Of a stretch of DNA of 64,000 nucleotides, positions 38,891 through 49,976 are shown piece after piece. Origin of the DNA: an uncultured Luteolibacter sp. (GTDB taxonomy: Bacteria > Verrucomicrobiota > Verrucomicrobiia > Verrucomicrobiales > Akkermansiaceae). The notes below the pieces were generated by a model. That model saw only the letters and a program-made list of their open reading frames with translations. It made no database searches and had not been told where the DNA came from. The DNA lies in NCBI GenBank assembly GCA_964399305.1, contig CAYNQJ010000001.1:36415-100414 (forward strand), in the 5' to 3' direction. A program made the position numbers and the translations under genes. The first letter of the stretch is position 1. The number at the start of each line of letters is the position of its first letter.

Positions 38891-39918
38891 ACTCAAAATC
38901 ACCGATTTTCACCGTGGTCCTGCTGGTTGCCGGTTTGGTCCTGTTAACCCTGTTCAGCAGCATCTACACCGTGCGGCCGACCGAGCAGGTGATCCTCACC
39001 CAGTTCGGCGAACCGCGCGGAAAGCCGGTCAGCCAGCCGGGATTGCATTTCAAAACGCCATTCATCCAGGTCGCCAACCGGATTCCGAAGAACATCCTGC
39101 CATGGGACGGGATGCGCAGCGAGATGCCGACGAGGGACAAGCTGTATGTGGTGGTCGACACGTTCGGGCGCTGGCGCGTGACCAATCCGCTCGAGTATTT
39201 CCGGCGTCTGCGTGACGAGCGCAGCGCGCTATCGCGGCTGGAGGACATTCTCGGCAGCGAGACACGCAATGCGATTGCCAAGCATGACCTGATCGAGATC
39301 GTCCGCACGGACAAGGATCGCACTCCGCTTGTCGATGAGGCGCTCGAGGAAATGAAAGAGGGTGCTTCGGGGACGATTGGCGTGCTCACGCCGATCCGCA
39401 AGGGGCGTGGAGCGATCGAAAAGCAGATCTTCACGGCGGCCAGGGCGAAGCTTTCCGAGTTCGGGATCGAACTGCTCGACATCCGGATCAAACGTATCAA
39501 CTACAACCCGAGCGTGGTGGAGAAGATCTACGAGCGCATGATTTCCGAGCGCCAGCAGATCGCTTCCAAATACCGCTCCGAAGGCGAGGGTGCCGCGGCC
39601 AGGATCATGGGTGAGAAGGAGCGCGATCTCAACCAGATCGCATCGGAAGCCTACAAGAAGGTCCAGGCCACCAGAGGTGGTGCGGACGCCAAGGCGACGG
39701 AGATTTACGCGCGGGCATATGGCCAGAAGCCGGAGGCGGCGGAGCTTTATGAGTTTCTCAAGAGCATGGAGATGTATCAGAAAGTGATCGGTCGCAAATC
39801 GACGCTGGTGCTCTCCACGGACAGCGATCTCTTCAAATTCTTCAAGCGCTCCGCTGGTGAAGGGGAGCGCGGGCGTGCCATGCCGCCTGCGGTGCCGCTC
39901 CCGGCCGGCGATCCATGA
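38887..39918 (+). CDS. hflC: FtsH modulator HflC
   Basis: SPFH domain, QPGLHFKTPF, YERMISERQQIA..YRSEGEG, FLKSME.Y; ATGA overlap with hflK. Confidence 0.93.
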   Translation: MNSKSPIFTVVLLVAGLVLLTLFSSIYTVRPTEQVILTQFGEPRGKPVSQPGLHFKTPFIQVANRIPKNILPWDGMRSEMPTRDKLYVVVDTFGRWRVTNPLEYFRRLRDERSALSRLEDILGSETRNAIAKHDLIEIVRTDKDRTPLVDEALEEMKEGASGTIGVLTPIRKGRGAIEKQIFTAARAKLSEFGIELLDIRIKRINYNPSVVEKIYERMISERQQIASKYRSEGEGAAARIMGEKERDLNQIASEAYKKVQATRGGADAKATEIYARAYGQKPEAAELYEFLKSMEMYQKVIGRKSTLVLSTDSDLFKFFKRSAGEGERGRAMPPAVPLPAGDP

Positions 39919-39967
39919 CGGACCGGGGTTGTTTCGGCGTTTTCGCGGGTTTAGAATGCCGCCGGTC

Positions 39968-40894
39968 ATGGATGCTGCGCCACCGCCCGATCTTTGGTTT
40001 TTGGAGAACCTGCCGGCACCGGGTGCCCCGCGGTTTTGGGATTCGCCGCATGGTCTGCGGGTGGCGTGGGCGGAGTCCGGTGTCTCCACAGGCAGACCGG
40101 TGTTTTTTTACCACGGCTGGCCGAGTTCCAGGCTGCAAGGATCCGTGCTGCATCATCTTGCGTTGCAGAGAAATCTGCGGGTGATCACGTTGGACCGGCC
40201 GGGTATCGGTGAGTCCACGTTTGTGCCGCACCGCAAACTCACCGATTGGCCGCCACTGATTGCCGCGTTCGCCGATGCGCATGGTATCGGCCGGTTTGCG
40301 CAGCTCGCGGTTTCCGGTGGGGGGCCGTATGTTCTGGCTTGCGCTGCGGTCATGCCGGAGCGGCTCACGGCTTCGGCGGTTTTGTGCGGGGCGTTGCCAT
40401 TGGCCGACACCGGGCTGTGCGGATTTCACCCGGCGTACCGGCTGCTTTCGTGGCTCCGCTGGTTGCCGGGGCCGGTGTTTTCATTGCCACTGATGCTGGC
40501 AGGCCGTCTGGCGGGTGGTGATCCGGAGCAGGTGCCGTTGCGCTGGATCATCGGCAGTCTGGCAGAGCCGGACCGGTTGCTCTTGCGTGAACATTCCGGA
40601 ATATTCCGTGCGTTGGCCGGGAGCTTCCAGGAGGGTCTGCGGCAGGGCGGACGCGGGGTGATGGCGGATGCGGAAATCTATGCGCAGAAATGGGGAATCC
40701 GGCTCGATGCCATCCAACATCCGATCCGATACTGGCACGGCGGGATGGACCGGAATATTCCTGCGGCGGCCGTGGGCAGATTTGTGTCCCGCATCCCTTC
40801 CGCGAGCCTGGTGGTCGATCCGCACGAGGGGCATTTTTCTTTGGCGGTTCACCGTGCGGTGGCGGCGATGGATCATCTTGCGGCAGCCGATTGA
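39968..40894 (+). CDS. Alpha/beta hydrolase
   Basis: FYHGWPSSR, DRPGIGES, AVSGGGPY nucleophile elbow, WHG..D..., EGHFS. Confidence 0.9.
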   Translation: MDAAPPPDLWFLENLPAPGAPRFWDSPHGLRVAWAESGVSTGRPVFFYHGWPSSRLQGSVLHHLALQRNLRVITLDRPGIGESTFVPHRKLTDWPPLIAAFADAHGIGRFAQLAVSGGGPYVLACAAVMPERLTASAVLCGALPLADTGLCGFHPAYRLLSWLRWLPGPVFSLPLMLAGRLAGGDPEQVPLRWIIGSLAEPDRLLLREHSGIFRALAGSFQEGLRQGGRGVMADAEIYAQKWGIRLDAIQHPIRYWHGGMDRNIPAAAVGRFVSRIPSASLVVDPHEGHFSLAVHRAVAAMDHLAAAD

Positions 40895-41007
40895 GCTCCG
40901 GATTCAGGCTGTGATCCCGCAGTCTCTGGCGTCGCCGCGTTTTTTTCCGAAACCGCTCTTGTCCGGCGGCGGGTCCATGTCATACGCTCGCCCAACCTTT
41001 TCCAAGC

Positions 41008-41766
41008 GTGGCGCATTCTTCATCCCATATCCACATTCTCGGAGTCCTTCCCGCACGCTGGGGCTCCTCCCGCTTCCCCGGAAAACCGCTCCACCTGATC
41101 GCCGGAAAACCCCTCATCCAGCACGTCTGGGAACGTTGCAAACGTTGCTCGAAACTCGATGAATTGATCGTCGCCACCGATGATGATCGCATCCTCAAGG
41201 CGGTCGTTGCCTTTGGCGGAAAAGCCGTGATGACTTCCAGCGCGCACCCGACCGGGACCGACCGCATTGCGGAGGCGCTGGCCTCGGTTCCCGCCGCCAC
41301 CCATATCGTGAACATCCAGGGTGACGAACCCTTGATCGACCCGGACCTCATCGACCGGCTGGCCTCGGTCATCTCCGCCGACCCGTCGCTCGACATGGCC
41401 ACTGCTGCAAACCCGCTCGACCCGTCGGATTCCGCTGTCAACGATCCGAATGTCGTCAAGGTGGTGACCGCACTCGACGGCCGTGCCTTGTATTTTTCGC
41501 GCTCGCCGCTTCCTTTTTTCCGCAAAGCCGTGGATGGCCTGCCGGTGCTCCGCCACAAGGGGATTTACGCCTACAGCCGGGGTTTTCTCGAACGCTTCGT
41601 TTCCTGGCCGCCATCGCCGCTGGAGATGGCCGAGTCCCTGGAACAGCTCCGCGCGCTGGAAAACGGCGCATCCATCATGGTCATTCAAACGGACGACACC
41701 TCACCCGGCGTGGACACCCCCGCCCAAGCCATCGAAATCGAACGCATCCTTGCCGCTGAAAACTGA
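41008..41766 (+). CDS. kdsB: 3-deoxy-manno-octulosonate cytidylyltransferase
   Basis: PARWGSSRFPGKPL, TGTDR, NIQGDEP, ALYFSR, ESLEQLRAL. Confidence 0.96.
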   Translation: MAHSSSHIHILGVLPARWGSSRFPGKPLHLIAGKPLIQHVWERCKRCSKLDELIVATDDDRILKAVVAFGGKAVMTSSAHPTGTDRIAEALASVPAATHIVNIQGDEPLIDPDLIDRLASVISADPSLDMATAANPLDPSDSAVNDPNVVKVVTALDGRALYFSRSPLPFFRKAVDGLPVLRHKGIYAYSRGFLERFVSWPPSPLEMAESLEQLRALENGASIMVIQTDDTSPGVDTPAQAIEIERILAAEN

Positions 41767-41790
41767 AATTCCCCAACTCACCCAATCCCC

Positions 41791-43410
41791 ATGAAATACA
41801 TCTTTGTCACCGGCGGCGTCGTTTCATCACTCGGCAAGGGCCTTGCCGCGGCATCCATCGGAACCTTGCTCGAGGCGCGCGGATTGAAGGTGCTGATGCA
41901 GAAGTTCGATCCTTACCTCAATGTCGATCCCGGCACGATGTCGCCCTATCAGCACGGCGAGGTCTATGTGCTCGACGACGGAGCCGAGACCGACCTCGAC
42001 CTCGGTCACTACGAGCGTTTCACCTCCGGGGTGTTGTCGCGCATGAACAACCTGACGTCCGGGCAGGTGTTTGACTCGGTGATCAAAAAGGAGCGGCGCG
42101 GCGAGTATCTCGGCAAGACGGTGCAGTTCATCCCGCACGTGACAGATGAAATCAAATCCCGCATCCAGCAGGTCACCGCGGACAATCCGGATGTGGATGT
42201 GCTGATCACGGAGATCGGCGGCACTGTCGGCGACATGGAAGGCCTTCTGTTCCTCGAAGCGTTGCGCCAATACGCGCTCGAAGTCGGCAAGGAGAATGTC
42301 TGTTTCATCCACGTCACCCTGCTTCCCTACATCAAGGCGGCCGGAGAGGTGAAAACCAAGCCGACCCAGCAATCGGTCGCCAAGCTCCGCGAGATCGGCA
42401 TCCAGCCGGACATCATCATCTGCCGCACCGAGACGGATCTCGACGAGGACAACCGGAAAAAGATCGCGATGTTCTGCAACGTCGAACGCAAGAACGTGGT
42501 GGCGTTCCGCGATGTCGATCACACGATTTACGAATGTCCGCTCGATCTCCGCCGCGACAAGATCGACCGTCTGGTGGTGGACAAGATCGGCCTCGGCCAC
42601 ACGCCATCGCCCGCGCTGGAGGATTGGGAGCGTTTCGTGCACCGCCTGATCCACCCCACACACAGCGTCACCATCGCGGTTGCCGGGAAATACATCGAGC
42701 TTCAGGACGCCTACAAATCGATTTACGAATCACTGATTCACGCCGGAGCCCACCATGACACCAAGGTCAACATCATCCGCGTGGACACCGAGGCGATCGA
42801 AGAACAGGACGCGAAGTCGGTGATCGGCGATGTGGACGGTATTCTGGTTCCCGGCGGATTCGGCGACCGCGGCACCGAAGGGAAAATCCAGGCGGCGCGC
42901 TACGCCCGCGAAAACAAGATCCCGTATTTCGGCATCTGTCTGGGCATGCAGATCGCGACGATCGAGTTTGCCCGCAACGTCTGCGGTCTTGCCGGCGCGA
43001 ACTCGACCGAGTTTGACAAGGCCACGCCGCACCCGGTGATCTGCCTGCAGGAGGAACAGAAGGGCGTCGAGGACATGGGAGCCACCATGCGGCTGGGCTC
43101 ATGCGAATCGATCCTGTTTGCCGGCACCCAGGCCGCCGCGCTCTATGGTGGCAAGGACCGCATTCACGAGCGCCACCGCCACCGCTACGAGTTCAACTCG
43201 GACTATCAGGACCGGCTGCAGGATGGTGGCCTCGTCATTTCCTCGGTCTCCGCGAACGAGGGCCTGGTCGAGATCATCGAACTCCCGGACCATCCGTTTT
43301 ATATCGGTGCCCAGTTCCACCCGGAATTCCTTTCCAAGCCGAACCACCCGCATCCACTCTTCGCCGGATTCGTGGCCGCGGCGCTCAAGCACGCATCGGA
43401 ATCCGCCTGA
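41791..43410 (+). CDS. pyrG: CTP synthase
   Basis: [48 protein letters not shown]. Confidence 0.98.
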   Translation: MKYIFVTGGVVSSLGKGLAAASIGTLLEARGLKVLMQKFDPYLNVDPGTMSPYQHGEVYVLDDGAETDLDLGHYERFTSGVLSRMNNLTSGQVFDSVIKKERRGEYLGKTVQFIPHVTDEIKSRIQQVTADNPDVDVLITEIGGTVGDMEGLLFLEALRQYALEVGKENVCFIHVTLLPYIKAAGEVKTKPTQQSVAKLREIGIQPDIIICRTETDLDEDNRKKIAMFCNVERKNVVAFRDVDHTIYECPLDLRRDKIDRLVVDKIGLGHTPSPALEDWERFVHRLIHPTHSVTIAVAGKYIELQDAYKSIYESLIHAGAHHDTKVNIIRVDTEAIEEQDAKSVIGDVDGILVPGGFGDRGTEGKIQAARYARENKIPYFGICLGMQIATIEFARNVCGLAGANSTEFDKATPHPVICLQEEQKGVEDMGATMRLGSCESILFAGTQAAALYGGKDRIHERHRHRYEFNSDYQDRLQDGGLVISSVSANEGLVEIIELPDHPFYIGAQFHPEFLSKPNHPHPLFAGFVAAALKHASESA

Positions 43411-43479
43411 TGTGCCGCTCCGTCGCATGCGGGACGCCGTGCTTTTGAGATTCCGGCTTGATCCGGATACCGATATTTC

Positions 43480-43585
43480 AACCACTGATTTCACTGATTG
43501 AACTGATTATGAAATTCGCTTTTCACGTCGAAATGTGAAAAAAGGAATTCCCCGGATATTCAGTAAATCAGTGGAATCAGTGGTT
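43480..43585. repeat. AT-rich inverted-repeat element with ~9-bp ACTGATT sub-repeats
   Basis: Left arm aaccactgatttcactgattgaactga and right arm tcagtaaatcagtggaatcagtggtt are near reverse complements; inner tttcac..gtgaaa hairpin. Confidence 0.8.
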
Positions 43586-43826
43586 TACCCTATCTTGAAA
43601 GCGATCTCGACTTCGGAATCCGGGTTGAAATGGCGAACGTAAGCAACCTGCGCGTTCCCTTCGCGTCTTGCAGAAGGTTTTTTACCGCACGGAGCGCCAT
43701 GAGTGACCTCGAACCCCGATCTCGAGCAATCGTCTTCATGGTGACTTCACCCGGGTCCGTGCGCATGGATATCGAAAACCGGTGTATTATGTCGTGCCAT
43801 GATGGGGGGATTTGATATGCCGGGTC

Positions 43827-45395
43827 ATGGATATGCATGATGCACGTCTCAGATCGCTTGCGCTCATCCTCCTCTTGCTGGCGGCATCGGCGCTTTCGCA
43901 TGCCGCGGAGAGCAAGCCGGGCAGGCCCAACATCGTGGTCATCCTCGCCGATGATCTCGGGTATGGGGATGTGCAATGTTACAATCCGGATCGGGGGAAA
44001 ATCCCGACGCCACACATGGACCGACTCGCCGCCGAAGGCATGCGGTTCACCGACGCGCACTCCTCGTCGGCTGTTTGTTCGCCATCGCGATACACCCTGC
44101 TCACGGGGCGGTATCATTGGCGGACCCGCTTGCAGCGCGGCATCGTCGGGCCATGGGAGCGGCCGCTGATCGCACCGGACCGGCTGACGATCGCGGGACT
44201 GGCCAGGCAACACGGCTACCGGACGAGCTGCATCGGCAAGTGGCACCTTGGCTGGGATTGGCCGGTGTCACCCGAAGAACGGAAATCGCTCACAGGTTTT
44301 GGTGGTGAAGTGGCTGGTGGCCGCAACGTGCCCACGGCCGTGAGCCAGGAAGTTGTCTCCGCATGGGCAAGGATCTTTTCGCGCCCCATCGCAGGCGGTC
44401 CTGTGACCCGCGGGTTCGATGCCTACTTTGGTACGGATGTGCCCAACTGGCCGCCCTACTGTTTCATTGAAAACGACAGGACCCAAGGAGTTCCGGACCA
44501 ATTGCTTCCGCGGCAGAAGTTGGGAGGGAACCAGGCCAGCCAGCAGGGCCCTGCGGTCAAGGGTTGGGATTTGGAAAACATCCTGCCCAAACTGGCGGGC
44601 AAGGCCTGTGAAGCCATCATGGACGGGGCACGTGCCCCGCAGCCGTTCCTGCTCTATCTATCCCTAACATCGCCGCACACTCCGCTGGCCGTCACTGCGG
44701 AATGGAAGGGGAAAAGCGGGCTCGGCGACTATGCGGACTTCGTGATGCAGACCGACGCGGTGGTCGGCCAGGTGATGGCGGCACTTGAGAAGAGCGGGGC
44801 GGGGGGCCGGACGCTGGTCATCCTCACCAGCGACAACGGCTGCGCGTCCTATATCGGCGTGCCGCAGATGGTGGCCAAAGGACATTACCCGAGCGGCCCG
44901 TTCAGGGGATACAAGTTTGACGTTTGGGAAGGCGGGCATCGCGTGCCCTTCGTGGTGCGCTGGCCGGGGCAGGTCAAAGCCGGATCGGTGTGCGACCAAC
45001 TGGTTCATCAGGCCGATCTCATGGCAACCCTCTCCGGCATCATGAACGTGAAGCTGCCGGAGAATGCCGGCGAGGACAGTGTCAGCCTGTTGCCGCTGCT
45101 GAAAGGTTCGGACCAGCCCGTCCGCGCGCATGCCATCAGTTGCGAGGGTCATCGGGGGACGCCCGGGCTGCGCTCGGGACCGTGGAAGATGGTCTGCCTG
45201 CCGGATCCGAAAACCGGGACGGATGTGATGCTTTTCAATCTCGATGACGACCCTGCGGAAACAACCAACCTCGCCGCGAACCAACCGCAACGTGTCGACG
45301 AAATGAAAACCCTGCTCCGCAAGCTGATCGATGAAGGCCGCAGCACGCCCGGCGCACCCCAAAGGAACGATGTGCCGGTGCGGATCTGGAAATGA
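43827..45395 (+). CDS. Exported arylsulfatase-family sulfatase (Cys-type)
   Basis: Signal peptide, PNIVVILADDLGYGD, CSPSRYTLLTGR (CxPxR), GKWHLG, TSDNG, EGGHRVP. Confidence 0.95.
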   Translation: MDMHDARLRSLALILLLLAASALSHAAESKPGRPNIVVILADDLGYGDVQCYNPDRGKIPTPHMDRLAAEGMRFTDAHSSSAVCSPSRYTLLTGRYHWRTRLQRGIVGPWERPLIAPDRLTIAGLARQHGYRTSCIGKWHLGWDWPVSPEERKSLTGFGGEVAGGRNVPTAVSQEVVSAWARIFSRPIAGGPVTRGFDAYFGTDVPNWPPYCFIENDRTQGVPDQLLPRQKLGGNQASQQGPAVKGWDLENILPKLAGKACEAIMDGARAPQPFLLYLSLTSPHTPLAVTAEWKGKSGLGDYADFVMQTDAVVGQVMAALEKSGAGGRTLVILTSDNGCASYIGVPQMVAKGHYPSGPFRGYKFDVWEGGHRVPFVVRWPGQVKAGSVCDQLVHQADLMATLSGIMNVKLPENAGEDSVSLLPLLKGSDQPVRAHAISCEGHRGTPGLRSGPWKMVCLPDPKTGTDVMLFNLDDDPAETTNLAANQPQRVDEMKTLLRKLIDEGRSTPGAPQRNDVPVRIWK

Positions 45396-45417
45396 CAGTG
45401 AAAACGCGCGAATGTAG

Positions 45418-46971
45418 ATGATGAAGCTGCCCCACATGCTGATACGGAATCTGCTCCGGTGGATTGCGGCAGGCGCCGCAATGGTCTGTTCATGCCTTGG
45501 GGCGGCGGAAAAGGATTCACCGCCGAATGTCGTGTTGATCTATGCCGACGACCTCGGCTACGGCGACGTGGGATGCTACGGGGCCACCAAGGTCAAGACG
45601 CCAAACATCGACAAACTGGCGGCGCAGGGGCGGAGATTCACCGACGCGCATGTGACGTCCGCCGTCTGCACGCCGTCGAGGTATTCCCTGCTGACCGGTG
45701 AATACGCGTTCAGAAGGAATTGTTACGGGCCGATTTTCCTCCGCGACGGTCTGGTGATGGATGAGACCAAACTCACGCTTGCGGGGCTTTTCCAAAAATT
45801 CGGGTACCGCACGGCATGCATTGGCAAATGGCACCTCGGGTTTGGCCGGAATAGTCCCGACTGGAATGGCGAGCTCAAGCCCGGACCGCTTGAGGTCGGG
45901 TTCGACCATTACTTCGGTGTTCCTGTGGTCAACAGCCATCCGCCTTTTGTCTATGTGGAAGACCACCGGGTCGTCGGATTTGATCCGGACGATCCTTTCG
46001 TTTTCGGTCAATTGGCTGAAACCAGGCCGTTTCCCGAGAAACTCGATATCCGCGCGATCGGCGGCGCCAAGGCGGCGCACGCGCTTTACCGCGATGAGGA
46101 GGTGGGCGCCAATCTAACTGAAAAAGCCGTGCAATGGCTGAGACGGAACAAGGACGAGCGGTTCTTCCTGTATTTCGCCACCACCGCCATCCATCATCCG
46201 TTCACTCCTGCGCCTCGCTTCAAGGGCACCAGTGGATGCGGACCTTACGGCGATTTCATCCATGAACTGGACTGGTCCGTGGGTGAGATTCTCAAAACCC
46301 TCGATGAACTGTCGCTGGCCAATGACACGATCGTTGTGTTCACCAGCGACAATGGGGGAATGCTGAATGACGGTGGCAGGAAGGCATGGCAGGCGGGGCA
46401 CCGGATGAATGGCGGACTTCTGGGATTCAAGTTCGACGTATGGGAAGGCGGCCACCGCGTTCCCTTCATTGTCCGCTGGCCCGGCAAAGTGCCTGCGGGC
46501 GGCAGGTCGGACCAACTGATTGCGAATGTGGACATGCTTGCGACCATGGCTGCGGTGCTGGGGTATGAGCTTAAGGAGGGTGAGGCGCCGGACAGCTTGA
46601 ACGTGCTCGAGTGCATGACCGGCGACCCGGCCGCGGCACCAAGAGACCACCTTGTCATTGCGGGAAGGCAGGGCGCGCCCTGGTTGATGCTCCGCAAAGG
46701 GAAGTGGGTCTACATTCCCAACCGGGGGTCCGGCGGTTTTGCTGACAACCGCGGTGGGCCGGCTGCCCTGAAATTGACCGGGGAGACCAACAGCGACATC
46801 AAGGACGGCCGGATTCTGAAAGATGCTCCGCCTGCCCAACTTTACGATCTGGAAGCCGACATCGGACAGGGCACCAATCTGTTCAGCAAACACCCGGAGA
46901 TTGCGGCCGAGATGGACGCCATGCTGAGGAATTGCATCAGGCAGGGCAGCGGAAATACCGGGCATCGGTGA
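45418..46971 (+). CDS. Exported arylsulfatase-family sulfatase (Cys-type)
   Basis: PNVVLIYADDLGYGD, CTPSRYSLLTG, GKWHLG, TSDNG, EGGHRVP. Confidence 0.95.
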   Translation: MMKLPHMLIRNLLRWIAAGAAMVCSCLGAAEKDSPPNVVLIYADDLGYGDVGCYGATKVKTPNIDKLAAQGRRFTDAHVTSAVCTPSRYSLLTGEYAFRRNCYGPIFLRDGLVMDETKLTLAGLFQKFGYRTACIGKWHLGFGRNSPDWNGELKPGPLEVGFDHYFGVPVVNSHPPFVYVEDHRVVGFDPDDPFVFGQLAETRPFPEKLDIRAIGGAKAAHALYRDEEVGANLTEKAVQWLRRNKDERFFLYFATTAIHHPFTPAPRFKGTSGCGPYGDFIHELDWSVGEILKTLDELSLANDTIVVFTSDNGGMLNDGGRKAWQAGHRMNGGLLGFKFDVWEGGHRVPFIVRWPGKVPAGGRSDQLIANVDMLATMAAVLGYELKEGEAPDSLNVLECMTGDPAAAPRDHLVIAGRQGAPWLMLRKGKWVYIPNRGSGGFADNRGGPAALKLTGETNSDIKDGRILKDAPPAQLYDLEADIGQGTNLFSKHPEIAAEMDAMLRNCIRQGSGNTGHR

Positions 46972-47069
46972 GGCATCTGGCCGCCACGTGTTCAGGTATC
47001 GTCGATTGTGCTGTGAAAAAGCGGTTCCACTGAACGTATCCGCATCGTCTTCCACAGCTCCTTCTCCCC

Positions 47070-48109
47070 ATGAGAGTTCATCTTGGATCCCATCTGCTCC
47101 TGTGGCTGCTCGCAGTGACCATTCTCCATGCACAGCGGCCGGTTGCGGCAGAAGCGAAGACAGAAGAACCCGCCTGGTTTGCTGAGGTGAAATACGGCGT
47201 GATGTTTCATTATCTTGTCGACTCCAGAGTGTCTTCCGAGGAGTGGAACAAGCAGGTGGATGCATTCGACGTGGCGGCATTTGCCGAAACCATTGCGGGG
47301 ACCGGGGTCGATTACGTGATGTTCACCATCGGCCAGAATTCCGGCCATTATTGTGCGCCAAACGCCACTTACGACAAGCGGGTGGGTATCGTGCCAAGCA
47401 ATGCTCGCGCCGCGACCTGATTGCGGACCTGGCCAAGGTCCTGAAGGAGACGCACATCCGGCTCATGGTTTATCTGCCGAGCGGTGCTCCTGCGGCCGAT
47501 CACGAGGCCCGGCGCAAACTCAAGTGGCTGTGGGGAGCCGAAGGTGGCTGGCAACTGCCGGTCGAACCTGTGGGTGGACGGCTGGAGGATTTCCAGCGCC
47601 ATTGGGAGGCCGTCATCAGCGAATGGTCGAAACGATGGGGAACGGACGTATCCGGCTGGTGGATCGACGGGTGCTATTTCGCAGACAAGATGTATCTATC
47701 AGAACAGGCTCCGAATTTCACCAGCTTTGCGGCCGCGCTGAAATCAGGCAATCCGGATTCGGTGGTTGCTTTCAATCCCGGTGTCGGTGCCAGCGTAAGG
47801 CCGAACACGAAGCATGATGATTATTCGGCGGGTGAGGTGAATCTGCCGCAGTTGCCGGTCGCTGCGGCCAACTGCCATGGTCGTTGGATCGGATGCGATG
47901 GGAAGAAGGTTCGTTTTCACATCCTCACCTATCTTGGCACCACGTGGGGCGCGGGCGATGAGCCGCAAATGCCGGACGCGGAGGTGGCGCGTCTGGCGGA
48001 GGCGGTGACAGCCAAAGGCGGTGTGGTCACATTCGACGTGCCGGTCCGCAAGGATGGCAGCATTTCCAAACCGTTCCTGAAACAGTTGAAGGCCATCACC
48101 ACGAAATGA
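47070..48109 (+). pseudogene. GH29-like (alpha-L-fucosidase-type) glycoside hydrolase split by a 1-nt frameshift near 47400
   Basis: Frame 1 has a signal peptide, WF...KYGVMFHY and FDVAAFA; the next frame continues CSRRDLIADLA, RLMVYLP, GWWIDG; one added base at 47400-47401 joins them into ~346 aa. Confidence 0.75.
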
Positions 48110-48369
48110 AATGAGAGCGGTCTTCCTCTTTGCCATTCTTCTTTTGTCCGGACACGGATGCCCTCAAGGGCGGGCTTCGCGAGGCGAATAATGGCCAAGG
48201 CGTCCATTTCCGCGGCAAGGGCTTGCGCGAACATGGTGCACGCTGGGCGGAAAAGGTCGGGGGATGGTTGGCAGAGATCGCAGCTGAGAGCCAAAAATGA
48301 CCGGTAACTCGAGGGGGTAATCCTCCCTTGCGCATGGGGGTGGGATGTCCTAGCCTCCGGGCCCCAGCG

Positions 48370-49935
48370 ATGAGCGCCAAACCAGTATTTCTTTATGACA
48401 CCACCCTGCGGGACGGGACCCAGGGGGAGGGATTCCAGTTGTCCGGACTCGACAAACTGCGCATCGCGCGGCGGCTCGACGCATTCGGGATCGACTACAT
48501 CGAAGGCGGCTGGCCCGGCTCAAACCCGAAGGATGTCGAGTTCTTCCGCGAGGCGAAAAAACTCGATCTGAAGCATGCGAAGCTCGCCGCATTCGGGTCC
48601 ACCCGCCGTGCCGACATCCGGGTTGAGGATGACGCCCAGGTGCGTCTGCTGCTTGAGGCGGAAACGCCGGTGGTCACGATTTTCGGCAAGAGCTGGGAAA
48701 TGCAGGTCACCGAGGTCCTGCGCACCTCGGTCGGGGAAAACCAGGCGATGATCCGCGATACGGTGGCCCATCTGGTCAAACACGGCCGCGAGGTCGTTTA
48801 TGATGCCGAGCACTTTTTCGATGGCTACAAGGATTCACCCGAGCATGCGCTGGCGACCTTGGAGGCGGCTGCCGAGGGTGGTGCATCCTTTGTCGTGCTG
48901 TGCGACACCAATGGCGGCACCTTGCCGTCCGAGGTGATGCAGATATGCCTCGCTGTCAAACAGCGTCTGCCCGACACGGCGATCGGGATTCACACCCACA
49001 ATGACTGCGAGCTGGCGGTTGCCAACGCGATTGCCGCGGTCAAGGCCGGCGCGACCCAGATCCAGGGGACGATCAATGGCTATGGCGAACGCACCGGAAA
49101 CTGCAACCTGACCTCGGTCATTCCGATCCTGCAGCTCAAGATGGGGCTCGAGGTCGTGCCGCATTTGGAAAAACTCCGCGATCTTTCCTATTTCGTAGAC
49201 GACGTTTCCAACAATCCGCATTTCGCCCGCGCGCCGTTTGTCGGCCGCACCGCGTTCGCCCACAAGGGTGGCATGCACGTGAATGCCGTGCGCAAGAACT
49301 CGCGCAGCTACGAACACATCGTGCCGGCAAGCGTCGGCAACGAACAAAACATCCTGGTCTCCGAACTCAGCGGGCAGGACAATATCCTCATCAAGGCGGA
49401 GGAACTCGGCTTGCCGCTTGAAAAGGGATCGCCCGCAGCCACCGCCGTGCTCAAACGCGTGAAAGAGTTGGAAAACGACGGTTATTCGTTCGAAGCCGCC
49501 GGCGGAACGCTGGAACTGCTGATCCGCCGGGAATTGGGCAACTACCGCAAGCCCTTCGACCTCAAGGAATATCACGCCAGCTTCCGCCAATACCGCGACG
49601 GTCACCCGCCGGTCTGCGAAGCCACGGTGAAACTCTCGGTCGATGGCACTCCGGAACTGACCGTCGCCGAGGGGCGCGGCGTGGTCAACGCGCTCGACCT
49701 CGCCCTGCGCAAGTCGCTGCTGCGCTTCTATCCGGAAATCGCCAATGTCTCGCTGGTCGATTACAAGGTCCGCATCATCGACGGTCACGATGCCACCGCC
49801 GCGAAAACCCGCGTGCTGATCGTTTCGACCGATGGCGAATCCACATGGGGAACCGTCGGGGTTTCGGAGAACATCATCGAGGCAAGCTGGCTTGCCATCG
49901 TCGATGGCATCGAGCTGTTCCTCCAGCGCCGGTGA
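48370..49935 (+). CDS. cimA: Citramalate synthase
   Basis: YDTTLRDGTQGEG, IEGGWPGSNPKD, YDAEHFFDG, HTHND, GYGERTGN, WGTVGVSENIIEASW. Confidence 0.93.
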   Translation: MSAKPVFLYDTTLRDGTQGEGFQLSGLDKLRIARRLDAFGIDYIEGGWPGSNPKDVEFFREAKKLDLKHAKLAAFGSTRRADIRVEDDAQVRLLLEAETPVVTIFGKSWEMQVTEVLRTSVGENQAMIRDTVAHLVKHGREVVYDAEHFFDGYKDSPEHALATLEAAAEGGASFVVLCDTNGGTLPSEVMQICLAVKQRLPDTAIGIHTHNDCELAVANAIAAVKAGATQIQGTINGYGERTGNCNLTSVIPILQLKMGLEVVPHLEKLRDLSYFVDDVSNNPHFARAPFVGRTAFAHKGGMHVNAVRKNSRSYEHIVPASVGNEQNILVSELSGQDNILIKAEELGLPLEKGSPAATAVLKRVKELENDGYSFEAAGGTLELLIRRELGNYRKPFDLKEYHASFRQYRDGHPPVCEATVKLSVDGTPELTVAEGRGVVNALDLALRKSLLRFYPEIANVSLVDYKVRIIDGHDATAAKTRVLIVSTDGESTWGTVGVSENIIEASWLAIVDGIELFLQRR

Positions 49936-49976
49936 GGCAGGGAATATAGAGGCGGGTCACCTCCGCCAGTGAAAGG

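Noticed and set aside
48110-48369. Short ORFs between the GH29-like gene and cimA
   Set aside because: No motif or convincing coding signal; treated as intergenic
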